From Eledone cirrhosa (lineage: Eukaryota): DNA of 64,000 nucleotides. The stretch is taken from contig OZ024742.1 of NCBI GenBank assembly GCA_964016885.1, positions 162,626,001 through 162,690,000 on the forward strand, given 5' to 3'. Every line of letters starts with the position of its first letter. The stretch's first letter is position 1. The position numbers and the translations under genes are program-made. This document shows positions 23,700 to 38,869 of this stretch, one piece after another. The notes below the pieces were generated by a model. It saw only the letters and a program-made list of their open reading frames with translations. It searched no databases and had not been told where the DNA came from.

Positions 23700-26600
23700 C
23701 GGAATTTTGAGGAATTTTTTTGAATTTTCGGAATTTTATGTATTTTTAGGAATTTTAGGAATTTTAGGAATTTTAGGAATTTTTCCGAATTTTCGTAATT
23801 TTATGAATTTTTAGGAATTTAAGGAATTTTATGAATTTTAGGAATTTTATGAATTTAGGAATTTTAGGAATTTTAGGAATTTTAGGAATTTTAGTAATTT
23901 TAGGAATTTTAAGAATTTTAGGAATTTTAGGAATTTTTTGGAATTTTCGGAATTTTATGAATTTTTAGGAATTTTAGGAATTTTATGAATTTTATGAATG
24001 TTATTAATTTTATGAATTTTAGGAATTTTAGGATTTTTATGAATTTTTGGAATTTTAGGAATTTTAGGAATTTTAGGAATTTTATGAATTTTATGAATTT
24101 TATGAATTTTATGAATTTTACGAATTTTAGAAATGTTATGAATTTTAGGAATTTTAGGAATTTTAGGAATTTTAGGAATTTTAAGAATTTTAGGAATTTT
24201 AGGAATTTTTTTGAATTTTTTGAATTTTATGAATTTTTAGGATTTTTCTGAATTATATAAATTTTAGGAATTTTAGGAATCTTAGGAATTTTAGGAATTT
24301 TATGAATTTTAGGAATTTTAGGAATTTTAAGGATTTTAGGAATTTTAGGAATTTTTTGGAATTTTTGGAATTTTCGGAATTTTAGGAATTTTTATGAATT
24401 TTAGGAATTTTATGAATTTTATGAATTTTATGAATTTTAGGAATTTTAGGATTTTTATGAATTTTTGGAATTTTGGAATGTTACGAATTTTTGGAATTTT
24501 GGGAATTTTAGGAATTTTACGAATATTAGGAATTTTGGAATTTTAGGAATTTTATGAATTTTAGGAATTTTTTGAATTTTAGGAATTTTAGGAATTTTCG
24601 AAATTTTTATGTATTTTAGGAATTTTAGGAATTTTATGAATTTTATGAATTTTATGAATTTTATGAATTTTAGGAATTTAGGAATTTTAGGAATTTTCAG
24701 GAATTTTTTTGAATTTTCGGAATTTTATGTATTTTTAGGAATTTTACGAATTTTAGGAATATCAGGAATTTTAGGAATTTTTCCGAATTTTCGTAATTTT
24801 ATGAATTTTTATGAATTTTAGGAATTTTATGAATTTTAGGAATTTTACAATTTTACGAATTTTAATTTAAGGAATTTTATAAATTTTATGAATTTTATGA
24901 ATTTTAGGAATTTTATGAATTTTAGGAATTTAGGAATTTTACGAATTTTAGGAATTTTAGGAATTTAAGGAATTTTTTGAATTTTAGGAATTTTAGGAAT
25001 TTCTATGAATTTTAGGAATTTTAAGAATTTTTTTTTTTTTTTGAATTTTATGAATTTTTAGGAATTTTCTGAATTTTATGAATTATATAAATTTTATGAA
25101 TTTTAGGAATCTTAGGAATTTTAGGAATTTTATGAATTTTAGTAATTTTAGGAATTTTTTGGAATTTTTGGAATTTTCGGAATTTTTGGAATTTTAAGGA
25201 ATTTTATTAATTTTATGAATTTTATGAATTTTATGAACTTTATGAATTTTAGGATTTTTATGAATTTTTGGAATTTTAGGAATTTTAGGAATTTTTTAAA
25301 TTTTAGGAATTTTAGGAATTTTAGGAATTTTAGGAATTTTTTGGAATTTTCGGAATTTTATGAATTTTTAGGAATTTTAGGAATTTTAGGAATTTTATGA
25401 ATGTTATTAATTTTATGAATTTTAGGAATTTTAGGATTTTTATGAATTTTTGGAATTTTAGGAATTTTAGGAATTTTAGGAATTTTAGGAATTTTATGAA
25501 TTTTATGAATTTTACGAATTTTAGAAATGTTATGAATTTTTGGAATTTTAGGAATTTTAGGAATTTTTTTGAATTTTTTGAATTTTATGAATTTTTAGGA
25601 TTTTTCTGAATTATATAAATTTTAGGAATTTTAGGAATCTTAGGAATTTTAGGAATTTTATGAATTTTAGGAATTTTAGGAATTTTAAGGATTTTAGGAA
25701 TTTTAGGAATTTTTTGGAATTTTTGGAATTTTCGGAATTTTAGGAATTTTTATGAATTTTAGGAATTTTATGAATTTTATGAATTTTATGAATTTTAGGA
25801 ATTTTAGGATTTTTATGAATTTTTGGAATTTTGGAATGTTACGAATTTTTGGAATTTTGGGAATTTTAGGAATTTTAGGAATATCAGGAATTTTGGAATT
25901 TTAGGAATTTTATGAATTTTAGGAATTTTTTGAATTTTAGGAATTTTAGGAATTTTCGAAATTTTTATGTATTTTAGGAATTTTAGGAATTTTATGAATT
26001 TTAGGAATTTTACAATTTTACGAATTTTAGTAATTTTAGGAATTTTAGGAATTTTATGAATTTAGGAATTTTAGGAATTTTAGGAATTTTAGGAATTTTA
26101 GTAATTTTAGGAATTTTAAGAATTTTAGGAATTTTAGGAATTTTTTTGAATTTTAGGAATATTAGGAATTTTTAGGAATTTTAGGAATTTTAGGAATTTT
26201 ATGAATGTTATTAATTTTATGAATTTTAGGAATTTTAGGAATTTTATGATTTTTATGAATTTTTGGAATTTTAGGAATTTTAGGAATTTTATGAATTTTA
26301 TGAATTTTATGAATTTTATGAATTTTACGAATTTTAGAAATGTTATGAATTTTAGGAATTTTAGGAATTTTAGGAATTTTAGGAATTTTAAGAATTTTAG
26401 GAATTTTAGGAATTTTTTTGAATTTTTTGAATTTTATGAATTTTTAGGAATTTTCTGAATTATATAAATTTTAGGAATTTTAGGAATCTTAGGAATTTTA
26501 GGAATTTTATGAATTTTAGTAATTTTAGGAATTTTAAGGATTTTAGGAATTTTAGGAATTTTTTGTAATTTTTGGAATTTTCGGAATTTTATGAATTTTA

Positions 26601-29400
26601 TGAATTTTATGAATTTTATGAATTTTAGGAATTTTAGGAATTTTATGAATTTTAGGAATTTTAGGAATTTTAGGAATTTTAGGAATTTTAGGAATTTTAG
26701 GAATTTTTATGTATTTTAGGAATTATAGGAATTTTATGAATTTTATAAATTTTATGAATTTTATGAATTTTCGGAATTTAGGAATTTTAGGAATTTTTTG
26801 GAATTTTTTTGAATTTTCGGAATTTTATGTATTTTTAGGAATTTTAGGAATTTTCGTAATTTTATGAATTTTTATGAATTTTAGGAATTTTATGAATTTT
26901 ATGAATTTTACAATTTTACGAATTTTAATTTTAGGAATTTTCGTAATTTTATGAATTTTATGAATTTTAGGAATTTTAGGAATTTTAAGGATTTTAGGAA
27001 TTTTAGGAATTTTTTGGAATTTTTGGAATTTTCGGAATTTTAGGAATTTTTATGAATTTTAGGAATTTTATGAATTTTATGAATTTTAGGAATTTTAGGA
27101 ATTTTAGGATTTTTATGAATTTTTGGAATTTTGGAATGTTACGAATTTTTGGAATTTTGGGAATTTTAGGAATTTTAGGAATATTAGGAATTTTGGAATT
27201 TTAGGAATTTTATGAATTTTAGGAATTTTTTGAATTTTAGGAATTTTAGGAATTTTCGAAATTTTATAAATATTAGGAATTTTAGGAATATTAAGAATTT
27301 TAGGAATTTTAGGAATTTTTAGGAATTTTAGGAATTTTAGGAATTTTATGAATGTTATGAATTTTAGGAATTTTATGAATTTTATGAATTTTAGGATTTT
27401 TATGAATTTTTGGAATTTTATGAATGTTAGGAATTTTAGGAATTTTTGGAATTTTATGAATTTTATGAATTTTAGAAATGTTATGAAATTTAGGAATTTT
27501 AGGAATTTTTGGAATTTTGGGAATTTTAGGAATTTTAGGAATTTTAGGAATTTTGGAATTTTAGGAATTTTAGGAATTTTTTGAATTTTGGAATTTTAGG
27601 AATTTTAGGAATTTTTATGTATTTGAGGAATTTTATGAATTTTATGAATTTTATGAATTTTAGGAATTTTATGAATTTTATGAATTATATGAATTTTTGG
27701 AATTTTCGGAATTTTGAGGAATTTTTTTGAATTTTCGGAATTTTATGTATTTTTAGGAATTTTAGGAATTTTAGGAATTTTAGGAATTTTTCCGAATTTT
27801 CGTAATTTTATGAATTTTTAGGAATTTAAGGAATTTTATGAATTTTAGGAATTTTATGAATTTAGGAATTTTAGGAATTTTAGGAATTTTAGGAATTTTA
27901 GTAATTTTAGGAATTTTAAGAATTTTAGGAATTTTAGGAATTTTTTGGAATTTTCGGAATTTTATGAATTTGTAGGAATTTTAGGAATTTTATGAATTTT
28001 ATGAATGTTATTAATTTTATGAATTTTAGGAATTTTAGGATTTTTATGAATTTTTGGAATTTTAGGAATTTTAGGAATTTTAGGAATTTTATGAATTTTA
28101 TGAATTTTATGAATTTTACGAATTTTAGAAATGTTATGAATTTTAGGAATTTTAGGAATTTTAGGAATTTTAGGAATTTTAAGAATTTTAGGAATTTTAG
28201 GAATTTTTTTGAATTTTTTGAATTTTATGAATTTTTAGGATTTTTCTGAATTATATAAATTTTAGGAATTTTAGGAATCTTAGGAATTTTAGGAATTTTA
28301 TGAATTTTATGAATTTTAGGAATTTTAAGGATTTTAGGAATTTTAGGAATTTTTTGGAATTTTTGGAATTTTCGGAATTTTAGGAATTTTTATGAATTTT
28401 AGGAATTTTATGAATTTTATGAATTTTATGAATTTTAGGAATTTTAGGATTTTTATGAATTTTTGGTATTTTGGAATGTTACGAATTTTTGGAATTTTGG
28501 GAATTTTAGGAATTTTACGAATATTAGGAATTTTGGAATTTTAGGAATTTTATGAATTTTAGGAATTTTTTGAATTTTAGGAATTTTAGGAATTTTCGAA
28601 ATTTTTATGTATTTTAGGAATTTTAGGAATTTTATGAATTTTATGAATTTTATGAATTTTATGAATTTTATGAATTTTAGGAATTTAGGAATTTTAGGAA
28701 TTTTCAGGAATTTTTTTGAATTTTCGGAATTTTATGTATTTTTAGGAATTTTACGAATTTTAGGAATATCAGGAATTTTAGGAATTTTATGAATTTTAGG
28801 AATTTTACAATTTTACGAATTTTAATTTAAGGAATTTTATAAATTTTATGAATTTTATGAATTTTAGGAATTTTATGAATTTTAGGAATTTAGGAATTTT
28901 ACGAATTTTAGGAATTTTAGGAATTTAAGGAATTTTTTGAATTTTAGGAATTTTAGGAATTTCTATGAATTTTAGGAATTTTAAGAATTTTTTTTTTTTT
29001 TTGAATTTTATGAATTTTTAGGAATTTTCTGAATTTTATGAATTATATAAATTTTATGAATTTTAGGAATCTTAGGAATTTTAGGAATTTTATGAATTTT
29101 AGTAATTTTAGGAATTTTTTGGAATTTTTGGAATTTTCGGAATTTTTGGAATTTTAAGGAATTTTATGAATTTTATGAATTTTATGAATTTTATGAACTT
29201 TATGAATTTTAGGATTTTTATGAATTTTTGGAATTTTAGGAATTTTAGGAATTTTTTAAATTTTAGGAATTTTAGGAATTTTAGGAATTTTAGGAATTTT
29301 TTGGAATTTTCGGAATTTTATGAATTTTTAGGAATTTTAGGAATTTTAGGAATTTTAGGAATGTTATTAATTTTATGAATTTTAGGAATTTTAGGATTTT
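23700..29400 (+). repeat. ~1.7-kb block repeated at ~4-kb offset (~23700-25400 and ~27700-29400)
   Basis: T15 run at 25028-25042 and 28988-29002 (offset 3960); shared TGTTACGAA, TTACGAATATTAGG and AATATCAGG variants; matching ORF translations at 23985/27992. Confidence 0.8.
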
Positions 29401-32400
29401 TATGAATTTTTGGAATTTTAGGAATTTTAGGAATTTTAGGAATTTTATGAATTTTATGAATTTTATGAATTTTACGAATTTTAGAAATGTTATGAATTTT
29501 AGGAATTTTAGGAATTTTAGGAATTTTAGGAATTTTAAGAATTTTAGGAATTTTAGGAATTTTTTTGAATTTTTTGAATTTTATGAATTTTTAGGATTTT
29601 TCTGAATTATATAAATTTTAGGAATTTTAGGAATCTTAGGAATTTTAGGAATTTTAGGAATTTTAGGAATTTTAGGAATTTTAAGGATTTTAGGAATTTT
29701 ATGAATTTTTTGGAATTTTTGGAATTTTCGGAATTTTAGGAATTTTTATGAATTTTAGGAATTTTATGAATTTTATGAATTTTATGAATTTTAGGAATTT
29801 TAGGATTTTTATGAATTTTTGGAATTTTGGAATGTTAGGAATTTTTGGAATTTTGGGAATTTTAGGAATTTTAGGAATATTAGGAATTTTGGAATTTTAG
29901 GAATTTTATGAATTTTAGGAATTTTTTGAATTTTAGGAATTTTAGGAATTTTCGAAATTTTTATGTATTTTAGGAATTTTAGGAATTTTATGAATTTTAT
30001 GAATTTTAGGAATTTTATGAATTTTAGGAATTTAGGAATTTTAGGAATTTTCAGGAATTTTTTTGAATTTTCGGAATTTTATGTATTTTTAGGAATTTTA
30101 CGAATTTTAGGAATTTCAGGAATTTTAGGAATTTTTCCGAATTTTCGTAATTTTATGAATTTTTATGAATTTTAGGAATTTTATGAATTTTAGGAATTTT
30201 ACAATTTTACGAATTTTAATTTAAGGAATTTTATAAATTTTATGAATTTTATGAATTTTATGAATTTTATGAATTTTAGGAATTTAGGAATTTTAGGAAT
30301 TTTAGGAATTTTAGGAATTTAAGGAATTTTTTGAATTTTAGGAATTTTAGGAATTTCTATGAATTTTAGGAATTTTAAGAATTTTATGAATTATATAAAT
30401 TTTATGAATTTTAGGAATCTTAGGAATTTTAGGAATTTTATGAATTTTAGTAATTTTAGGAATTTTTTGGAATTTTTGGAATTTTCGGAATTTTCGGAAT
30501 TTTAAGGAATTTTATGAATTTTATGAATTTTATGAATTTTATGAACTTTATGAATTTTAGGATTTTTATGAATTTTTGGAATTTTAGGAATTTTAGGAAT
30601 TTTTTAAATTTTAGGAATTTTAGGAATTTTAGGAATTTTTATGTATTTTAGGAATTTTAGCAAGTTTATGAATTCTATGAATTTTAGGAATTTTAGGAAT
30701 TTTTAGGAATTTTAGGAATTTTAGGAATTTTATTAATGTTATGAATTTTATGAATTTTAGGAATTTTAGGAATTTTATGAATTTTAGGATTTTTATGAAT
30801 TTTTGGAATTTTATGAATGTTAGGACTTTTAGGAATTTTTGGAATTTTATGAATTTTATGAATTTTAGAAATGTTATGAAATTTAGGAATTTTAGGAATT
30901 TTTGGAATTTTGGGAATTTTAGGAATTTTATGAATTTTAGGAATTTTGGAATTTTAGGAATTTTAGGAATTTTTATGTATTTGAGGAATTTTATGAATTT
31001 TATGAATTTTATGAATTTTAGGAATTTTATGAATTTTGTGAATTATATGAATTTTTGGAATTTTAGGAATTTTGAGGAATTTTTTTGAATTTTCGGAATT
31101 TTATGTATTTTTAGGAATTTTAGGAATTTTAGGAATTTTAGGAATTTTTCAAAATTTTCGTAATTTTATGAATTTTTAGGAATTTTAGGAATTTTATGAA
31201 TTTTAGGAATTTTACAATTTTACGAATTTTAGTAATTTTAGGAATTTTAGGAATATTATGAATTTAGGAATTTTCGGAATTATAGGAATTTTATGAATTT
31301 TAAGAATTTTAGGAATTTTAGGAATTTTTTGGAATTTTCGGAATTTTATGAATTTTTAGGAATTTTAGGAATTTTAGGAATTTTATGAATGTTATTAATT
31401 TTATGAATTTTAGGAATTTTAGGATTTTTATGAATTTTTGGAATTTTAGGAATTTTAGGAATTTTAGGAATTTTATGAATTTTATGAATTTTATGAATTT
31501 TACGAATTTTAGAAATGTTATAAATTTTAGGAATTTTAGGAATTTTAGGAATTTTAGGAATTTTAAGAATTTTAGGAATTTTAGGAATTTTTTTGAATTT
31601 TTTGAATTTTATGAATTTTTAGGATTTTTCTGAATTATATAAATTTTAGGAATTTTAGGAATCTTAGGAATTTTAGGAATTTTATGAATTTTATGAATTT
31701 TAGGAATTTTAAGGATTTTAGGAATTTTAGGAATTTTTTGGAATTTTTGGAATTTTCGGAATTTTAGGAATTTTTAGGAATTTTATGAATTTTATGAATT
31801 TTATGAATTTTATGAATTTTATGAATTTTAGGAATTTTAGGAATTTTAGGAATTTTAGGAATTTTTATGTATTTTAGGAATTATAGGAATTTTATGAATT
31901 TTATAAATTTTATGAATTTTATGAATTTTAGGAATTTATGAATTTTAGGAATTTTCAGGAATTTTTTTGAATTTTCGGAATTTTATGTATTTTTAGGAAT
32001 TTTAGGAATTTTCGGAATTTTAGGAATTTTAGGAATTTTTCCGAATTTTCGTAATTTTATGAATTTTTATGAATTTTAGGAATTTTACAATTTTACGAAT
32101 TTTAATTTTAGGAATTTTATAAATTTTATGAATTTTATGAATTTTCGGAATTTTATGAATTTTAGGAATTTTAGGAATTTTAGGAATTTCTATGAATTTT
32201 AGGAATTTTAAGAATTTTTTTGAATTTTTTGAATATTATGAATTTTTAGGAATTTTCTGAATTTTATGAATTATATAAATTTTAGGAATTTTAGGAATCT
32301 TAGGAATTTTAGGAATTTTTGGAATTTTAGGAATTTTGAGGAATTTTTTTGAATTTTCGGAATTTTATGTATTTTTAGGAATTTTAGGAATTTTAGGAAT

Positions 32401-34019
32401 TTTAGGAATTTTAGGAATTTTTGGAATTTTAGGAATTTTATGAATTTTAAGTATTTTATGAATTTTTATGAATTTTAGGAATTTTATGAATTTTATGAAT
32501 TTTACAATTTTACGAATTTTAATTTTAGGAATTTTATAAATTTTATGAATTTTATGAATTTTCGGAATATTATGTATTTTTAGGAATTTTAGGAATTTTA
32601 TAAATATTAGGAATTTTAGGAATATTAAGAATTTTAGGAATTTTAGGAATTTTTAGGAATTTTAGGAATTTTAGGAATTTTATGAATGTTATGAATTTTA
32701 TGAATTTTATGAATTTTAGGAATTTTAGGAATTTTAGGATTTTTATGAATTTTTGGAATTTTATGAATGTTAGGACTTTTAGGAATTTTTGGAATTTTAT
32801 GAATTTTATGAATTTTAGAAATGTTATGAAATTTAGGAATTTTAGGAATTTTTGGAATTTTGGGAATTTTAGGAATTTTAGGAATTTTAGGAATTTTGGA
32901 ATTTTAGGAATTTTAGGAATTTTTTGAATTTTAGGAATTTTAGGAATTTTAGGAATTTTTATGTATTTGAGGAATTTTATGAATTTTATGAATTTTATGA
33001 ATTTTATGAATTTTAGGAATTTTATGAATTATATGAATTTTTGGAATTTTAGGAATTTTGAGGAATTTTTTTGAATTTTCGGAATTTTATGTATTTTTAG
33101 GAATTTTAGGAATTTTAGAAATTTTAGGAATTTTTCGAATTTTCGTAATTTTATGAATTTTTAGGAATTTTATGAATTTTATGAATTTTAGGAATTTTAG
33201 GAATTTTAGTAATTTTAGGAATTTTAAGAATTTTAGGAATTTTAGGAATTTTTTGGAATTTTCGGAATTTTATGAATTTTTAGGAATTTTAGGAATTTTA
33301 TGAATTTTAGGAATTTTACAATTTTACGAATTTTAGTAATTTTAGGAATTTTAGCAATTTTAGGAATTTAGGAATTTTATGAATTTTATGAATTTTACGA
33401 ATTTTAGAAATGTTATGAATTTTAGGAATTTTAGGAATTTTAGGAATTTTAAGAATTTTATGAATTTTAGGAATTTTTTTGAATTTTTTGAATTTTATGA
33501 ATTTTTAGGATTTTTCTGAATTATTTAAATTTTAGGAATTTTAGGAATCTTAGGAATTTTAGGAATTTTATGAATTTTAGGAATTTTAGGAATTTTAAGG
33601 ATTTTAGGAATTTTAGGAATTTTTTGGAATTTTTGGAATTTTCGGAATTTTAGGAATTTTTAGGAATTTTATGAATTTTATGAATTTTAGGAATTTTAGG
33701 ATTTTTATGAAGTTTTGGAATTTTGGAATGTTAGGAATTTTTGGAATTTTGGGAATTTTAGGAATTTTAGGAATATTTTGAATTTTAGGAATTTTAGGAA
33801 TTTTCGAAATTTTTATGTATTTTATGAATTTTATGAATTTTATGAATTATATGAATTTTATGAATTTTAGGAATTTAGGAATTTTAGGAATTTTCAGGAA
33901 TTTTTTTGAATTTTCGGAATTTTATGTATTTTTAGGAATTTTAGGAATTTTATGAATTTTATGAATTTTACAATTTTACGAATTTTAATTTAAGGAATTT
34001 TATAAATTTTATGAATTTT

Positions 34020-35340
34020 ATGAATTTTAGGAATTTTAGGAATTTTAGGAATTTAGGAATTTTAGGAATTTCTATGAATTTTAGGAATTTTAAGAATTTT
34101 TTTGAATTTTTTGAATTTTATGAATTTTTAGGAATTTTCTGAATTTTATGAATTATATAAATTTTAGGAATTTTAGGAATCTTAGGAATTTTAGGAATTT
34201 TATGAATTTTAGTAATTTTAGGAATTTTTTGGAATTTTTGGAATTTTCGGAATTTTCGGAATTTTCAGGAATTTTATGAATTTTATGAATTTTATGAATT
34301 TTATGAACTTTATGAATTTTAGGATTTTTATGAATTTTTGGAATTTTAGGAATTTTAGGAATTTTTTAAATTTTAGGAATTTTAGGAATTTTAGGAATTT
34401 TTATGTATTTTAGGAATTTTAGCAAGTTTATGAATTCTATGAATTTTAGGAATTTTATGAATTTTATGAATTTTAGGAATTTAGGAATTTTAGGAATTTT
34501 GAGGAATTTTTTTGAATTTTCGGAATTTTATGTATTTTTAGGAATTTTAGGAATTTTATGAATTTTAGGAATTTTAGGAATTTTTGGAATTTTAGGAATT
34601 TTAGGAATTTTAAGAATTTTAGGAATTTCGAGGAATTTTTTTGAATTTTCGGAATTTTATGTATTTTTAGGAATTTTAGGAATTTTAGGAATTTTAGGAA
34701 TTTTAGGAATTTAGGAATTTTAGGAATTTCTATGAATTTTAGGAATTTTAAGAATTTTTTTGAATTTTTTGAATTTTATGAATTTTTAGGAATTTTCTGA
34801 ATTTTATGAATTATATAAATTTTAGGAATTTTAGGAATCTTAGGAATTTTAGGAATTTTATGAATTTTAGTAATTTTAGGAATTTTTTGGAATTTTTGGA
34901 ATTTTCGGAATTTTCGGAATTTTCAGGAATTTTATGAATTTTATGAATTTTATGAATTTTATGAACTTTATGAATTTTAGGATTTTTATGAATTTTTGGA
35001 ATTTTAGGAATTTTAGGAATTTTTTAAATTTTAGGAATTTTAGGAATTTTAGGAATTTTTATGTATTTTAGGAATTTTAGCAAGTTTATGAATTCTATGA
35101 ATTTTAGGAATTTTATGAATTTTATGAATTTTAGGAATTTAGGAATTTTAGGAATTTTGAGGAATTTTTTTGAATTTTCGGAATTTTATGTATTTTTAGG
35201 AATTTTAGGAATTTTAGGAATTTTAGGAATTTTAGGAATTTTTGGAATTTTAGGAATTTTAGGAATTTTAAGAATTTTAGGAATTTCGAGGAATTTTTTT
35301 GAATTTTCGGAATTTTATGTATTTTTAGGAATTTTAGGAA
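34020..35340 (+). repeat. 658-bp tandem duplication
   Basis: TTTCAGGAATTTTATG at 34263/34921; AGCAAGTTTA at 34421/35079. Confidence 0.82.
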
Positions 35341-36769
35341 TTTTAGGAATTTTAGGAATTTTAGGAATTTTAGGAATTTTGGTAATTTTAGGAATTTTAA
35401 GAATTTTATGAATTTTAGGAATTTTTTGGAATTTTAGGAATTTTAGGAATTTTTAGGAATTTTATGAATTTTAGGAATTTTATGAATGTTATGAATTTTA
35501 TGAATTTTATGAATTTTAGGAATTTTAGGATTTTTATGAATTTTTGGAACTTTAGGAATTTTAGGAATTTTAGGAATTTTTGGAATTTATGAATTTTATG
35601 AATTTTAGAAATTTTATGAATTTTAGTAGTTTGAGGAATTTGAGGAATTTTAGGAATTTTAAGAATTTTAGGAATTTTAGGAATATTTTTGAATTTTTTG
35701 AATTTTATGAATTTTTAGGAATTTTCTGAATTTTCTGAATTATATAAATTTTAGGAATTTTAGGAATCTTAGGAATTTTAGGAATTTTAGGAATTTTATG
35801 AATTTTATGAATTTTTAGGTATTTTAGGAATTTTATGAATTTTTATGAATTTTATGAATTTTGGAATTTTAGGAATTTTGAGGAATTTTTATGAATTTTC
35901 GGAATTTTATGTATTTTCAGGAATTTTAGGAATTTTAGGAATTTTAGAAATTTTAGGAATTTTTGGAATTTTAGGAATTTTATGAATTTTAAGAATTTTA
36001 GGAATTTTGAGGGAATTTTTTTGAATTTTCGGAATTTTATGTATTTTTAGGAATTTTAGGAATGTTAGGAATTTTATAAATATTAGGAATTTTAGGAATA
36101 TTAAGAATGTTAGGAATTTTAGGAATTTTTAGGAATTTTAGGAATTTTAGGAATTTTAGGAATGTTATGAATTTTATGAATTTTAGGATTTTTATGAATT
36201 TTAGGAATTTTATGAATATTATGTATTTTTAGGAATTTTAGGAATTTTAGGAATTTTATAAATATTAGGAATTTTAGGAATATTAAGAATTTTAGGAATT
36301 TTAGGAATTTTTAGGAATTTTAGGAATTTTAGGAATTTTATGAATGTTATGGATTTTATGAATTTTATGAATTTTAGGAATTTTAGGAATTTTAGGAATT
36401 TTATGAATTTTTGGAATTTTATGAATGTTAGGACTTTTAGGAATTTTAGGAATTTTGAGGAATTTTTTTGAATTTTCGAAATTTTATGTATTTTTAGGAA
36501 TTTTAGGAATTTTAGGAATTTTAGGAATTTTAGGAATTTTAGGAATTTTACAATTTTACGAATTTTAGTAATTTTATGAATTTTAGGAATTTTTATGTAT
36601 TTGAGGAATTTTATGAATTTAGGAATTTTAGGAATTTTAGGAATTTTAGGAACTTTAGTAATTTTAGGAATTTTAAGAATTTTAGGAATTTTATGAATTT
36701 TTTGGAATTTTCGGGATTTTATGAATTTTTAGGAATTTTAGGAATTTTAGGAATTTTAGGAATTTTATG

Positions 36770-38550
36770 AATGTTATGAATTTTATGAATTTTATGAATT
36801 TTATGAATTTTATGAATTTTAGGATTTTTATGAATTTTTGGAATTTTATGAATGTTAGGAATTTTATGAATTTTTGGAATTTTATGAATTTTATGAATTT
36901 TAGAAATGTTATGAAATTTAGGAATTTTAGGAATTTTTGGAATTTTGGGAATTTTAGGAATTTTAGGAATTTTAGGAATTTTATGAATGTTATGAATTTT
37001 ATGAATTTTATGAATTTTAGGAATTTTATGAATTTTAGGATTTTTATGAATTTTTGGAATTTTATGAATGTTAGGAATTTTATGAATTTTTGGAATTTTA
37101 TGAATTTTATGAATTTTAGAAATGTTATGAAATTTATGAATTTTAGGAATTTTTGGAATTTTGGGAACTTTAGGAATTTTAGGAATTTTAGGAATTTTGG
37201 AATTTTAGGAATTTTAGGAATTTTTTGAATTTTAGGAATTTTAGGAATTTTAGGAATTTTTATGTATTTGAGGAATTTTATGAATTTTATGAATTTTATG
37301 AATTTTATGAATTTTATGAATTATATGAATTTTTGGAATTTTCGGAATTTTATGTATTTTTAGTAATTTTAGGAATTTTAGGAATTTTACGAATTTTAGG
37401 AATTTTTCCGAATTTTCGTAATTTTATGAATTTTTAGGAATTTTAGGAATTATAGGAATCTTAGGAATTTTACAATTTTGCGAATTTTAGTAATTTTAGG
37501 AATTTTAGGAATTTTATGAATTTAGGAATTTTAGGAATTTTAGGAATTTTAGGAATTTTAGTAATTTTAGTAATTTTAGGAATTTTAAGAATTTTAGGAA
37601 TTTTAGGAATTTTTTGGAATTTTAGGAATTTTATGAATTTTTAGGAATTTTAGGAATTTTAGGAATTTTATGAATGTTATTAATTTTATGAATTTTATGA
37701 ATTTTAGGATTTTTATGAATTTTTGGAATTTTATGAATGTTAGGAATTTTATGAATTTTTTGAATTTTAGAAATGTTATGAAATTTAGGAATTTTAGGAA
37801 TTTTTGGAATTTTGGGAATTTTAGGAATTTTAGGAATTTTAGGAATTTTATGAATGTTATGAATTTTATGAATTTTATGAATTTTAGGAATTTTATGAAT
37901 TTTAGGATTTTTATGAATTTTTGGAATTTTATGAATGTTAGGAATTTTATGAATTTTTGGAATTTTATGAATTTTATGAATTTTAGAAATGTTATGAAAT
38001 TTATGAATTTTAGGAATTTTTGGAATTTTGGGAACTTTAGGAATTTTAGGAATTTTAGGAATTTTGGAATTTTAGGAATTTTAGGAATTTTTTGAATTTT
38101 AGGAATTTTAGGAATTTTAGGAATTTTTATGTATTTGAGGAATTTTATGAATTTTATGAATTTTATGAATTGTAGGAATTTTATGAATTATATGAATTTT
38201 TGGAATTTTCGGAATTTTATGTATTTTTAGTAATTTGAGGAATTTTAGGAATTTTACGAATTTTAGGAATTTTTCCGAATTTTCGTAATTTTATGAATTT
38301 TTAGGAATTTTAGGAATTATAGGAATCTTAGGAATTTTACAATTTTGCGAATTTTAGTAATTTTAGGAATTTTAGGAATTTTATGAATTTAGGAATTTTA
38401 GAAATTTTAGGAATTTTAGGAATTTTAGTAATTTTAGTAATTTTAGGAATTTTAAGAATTTTAGGAATTTTAGGAATTTTTTGGAATTTTCGGAATTTTA
38501 TGAATTTTTAGGAATTTTAGGAATTTTAGGAATTTTATGAATGTTATTAA
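36770..38550 (+). repeat. ~867-bp tandem duplication
   Basis: TTGGGAACTTT at 37161/38028; the C of TTTTGCGAA at 37481/38348. Confidence 0.8.
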
Positions 38551-38869
38551 TTTTATGAATTTTATGAATTTTAGGAATTTTAGGATTTTTATGAATTTTT
38601 GGAATTTTAGGAATTTTAGGAATTTTAGGAATTTTATGAATTTTATGAATTTTACGAATTTTAGAAATGTTATGAATTTTAGGAATTTTAGGAATTTTAG
38701 GAATTTTATGAATTTTAGGAATTTTAGGCATTTTTATGTATTTTAGGAATTTTAGGAATTTTATGAATTTTATGAATTTTATGAATTTTATGAATTTTAG
38801 GAATTTAGGAATTTTAGGAATTTTCAGGAATTTTTTTGAATTTTCGGAATTTTATGTATTTTTAGGAAT

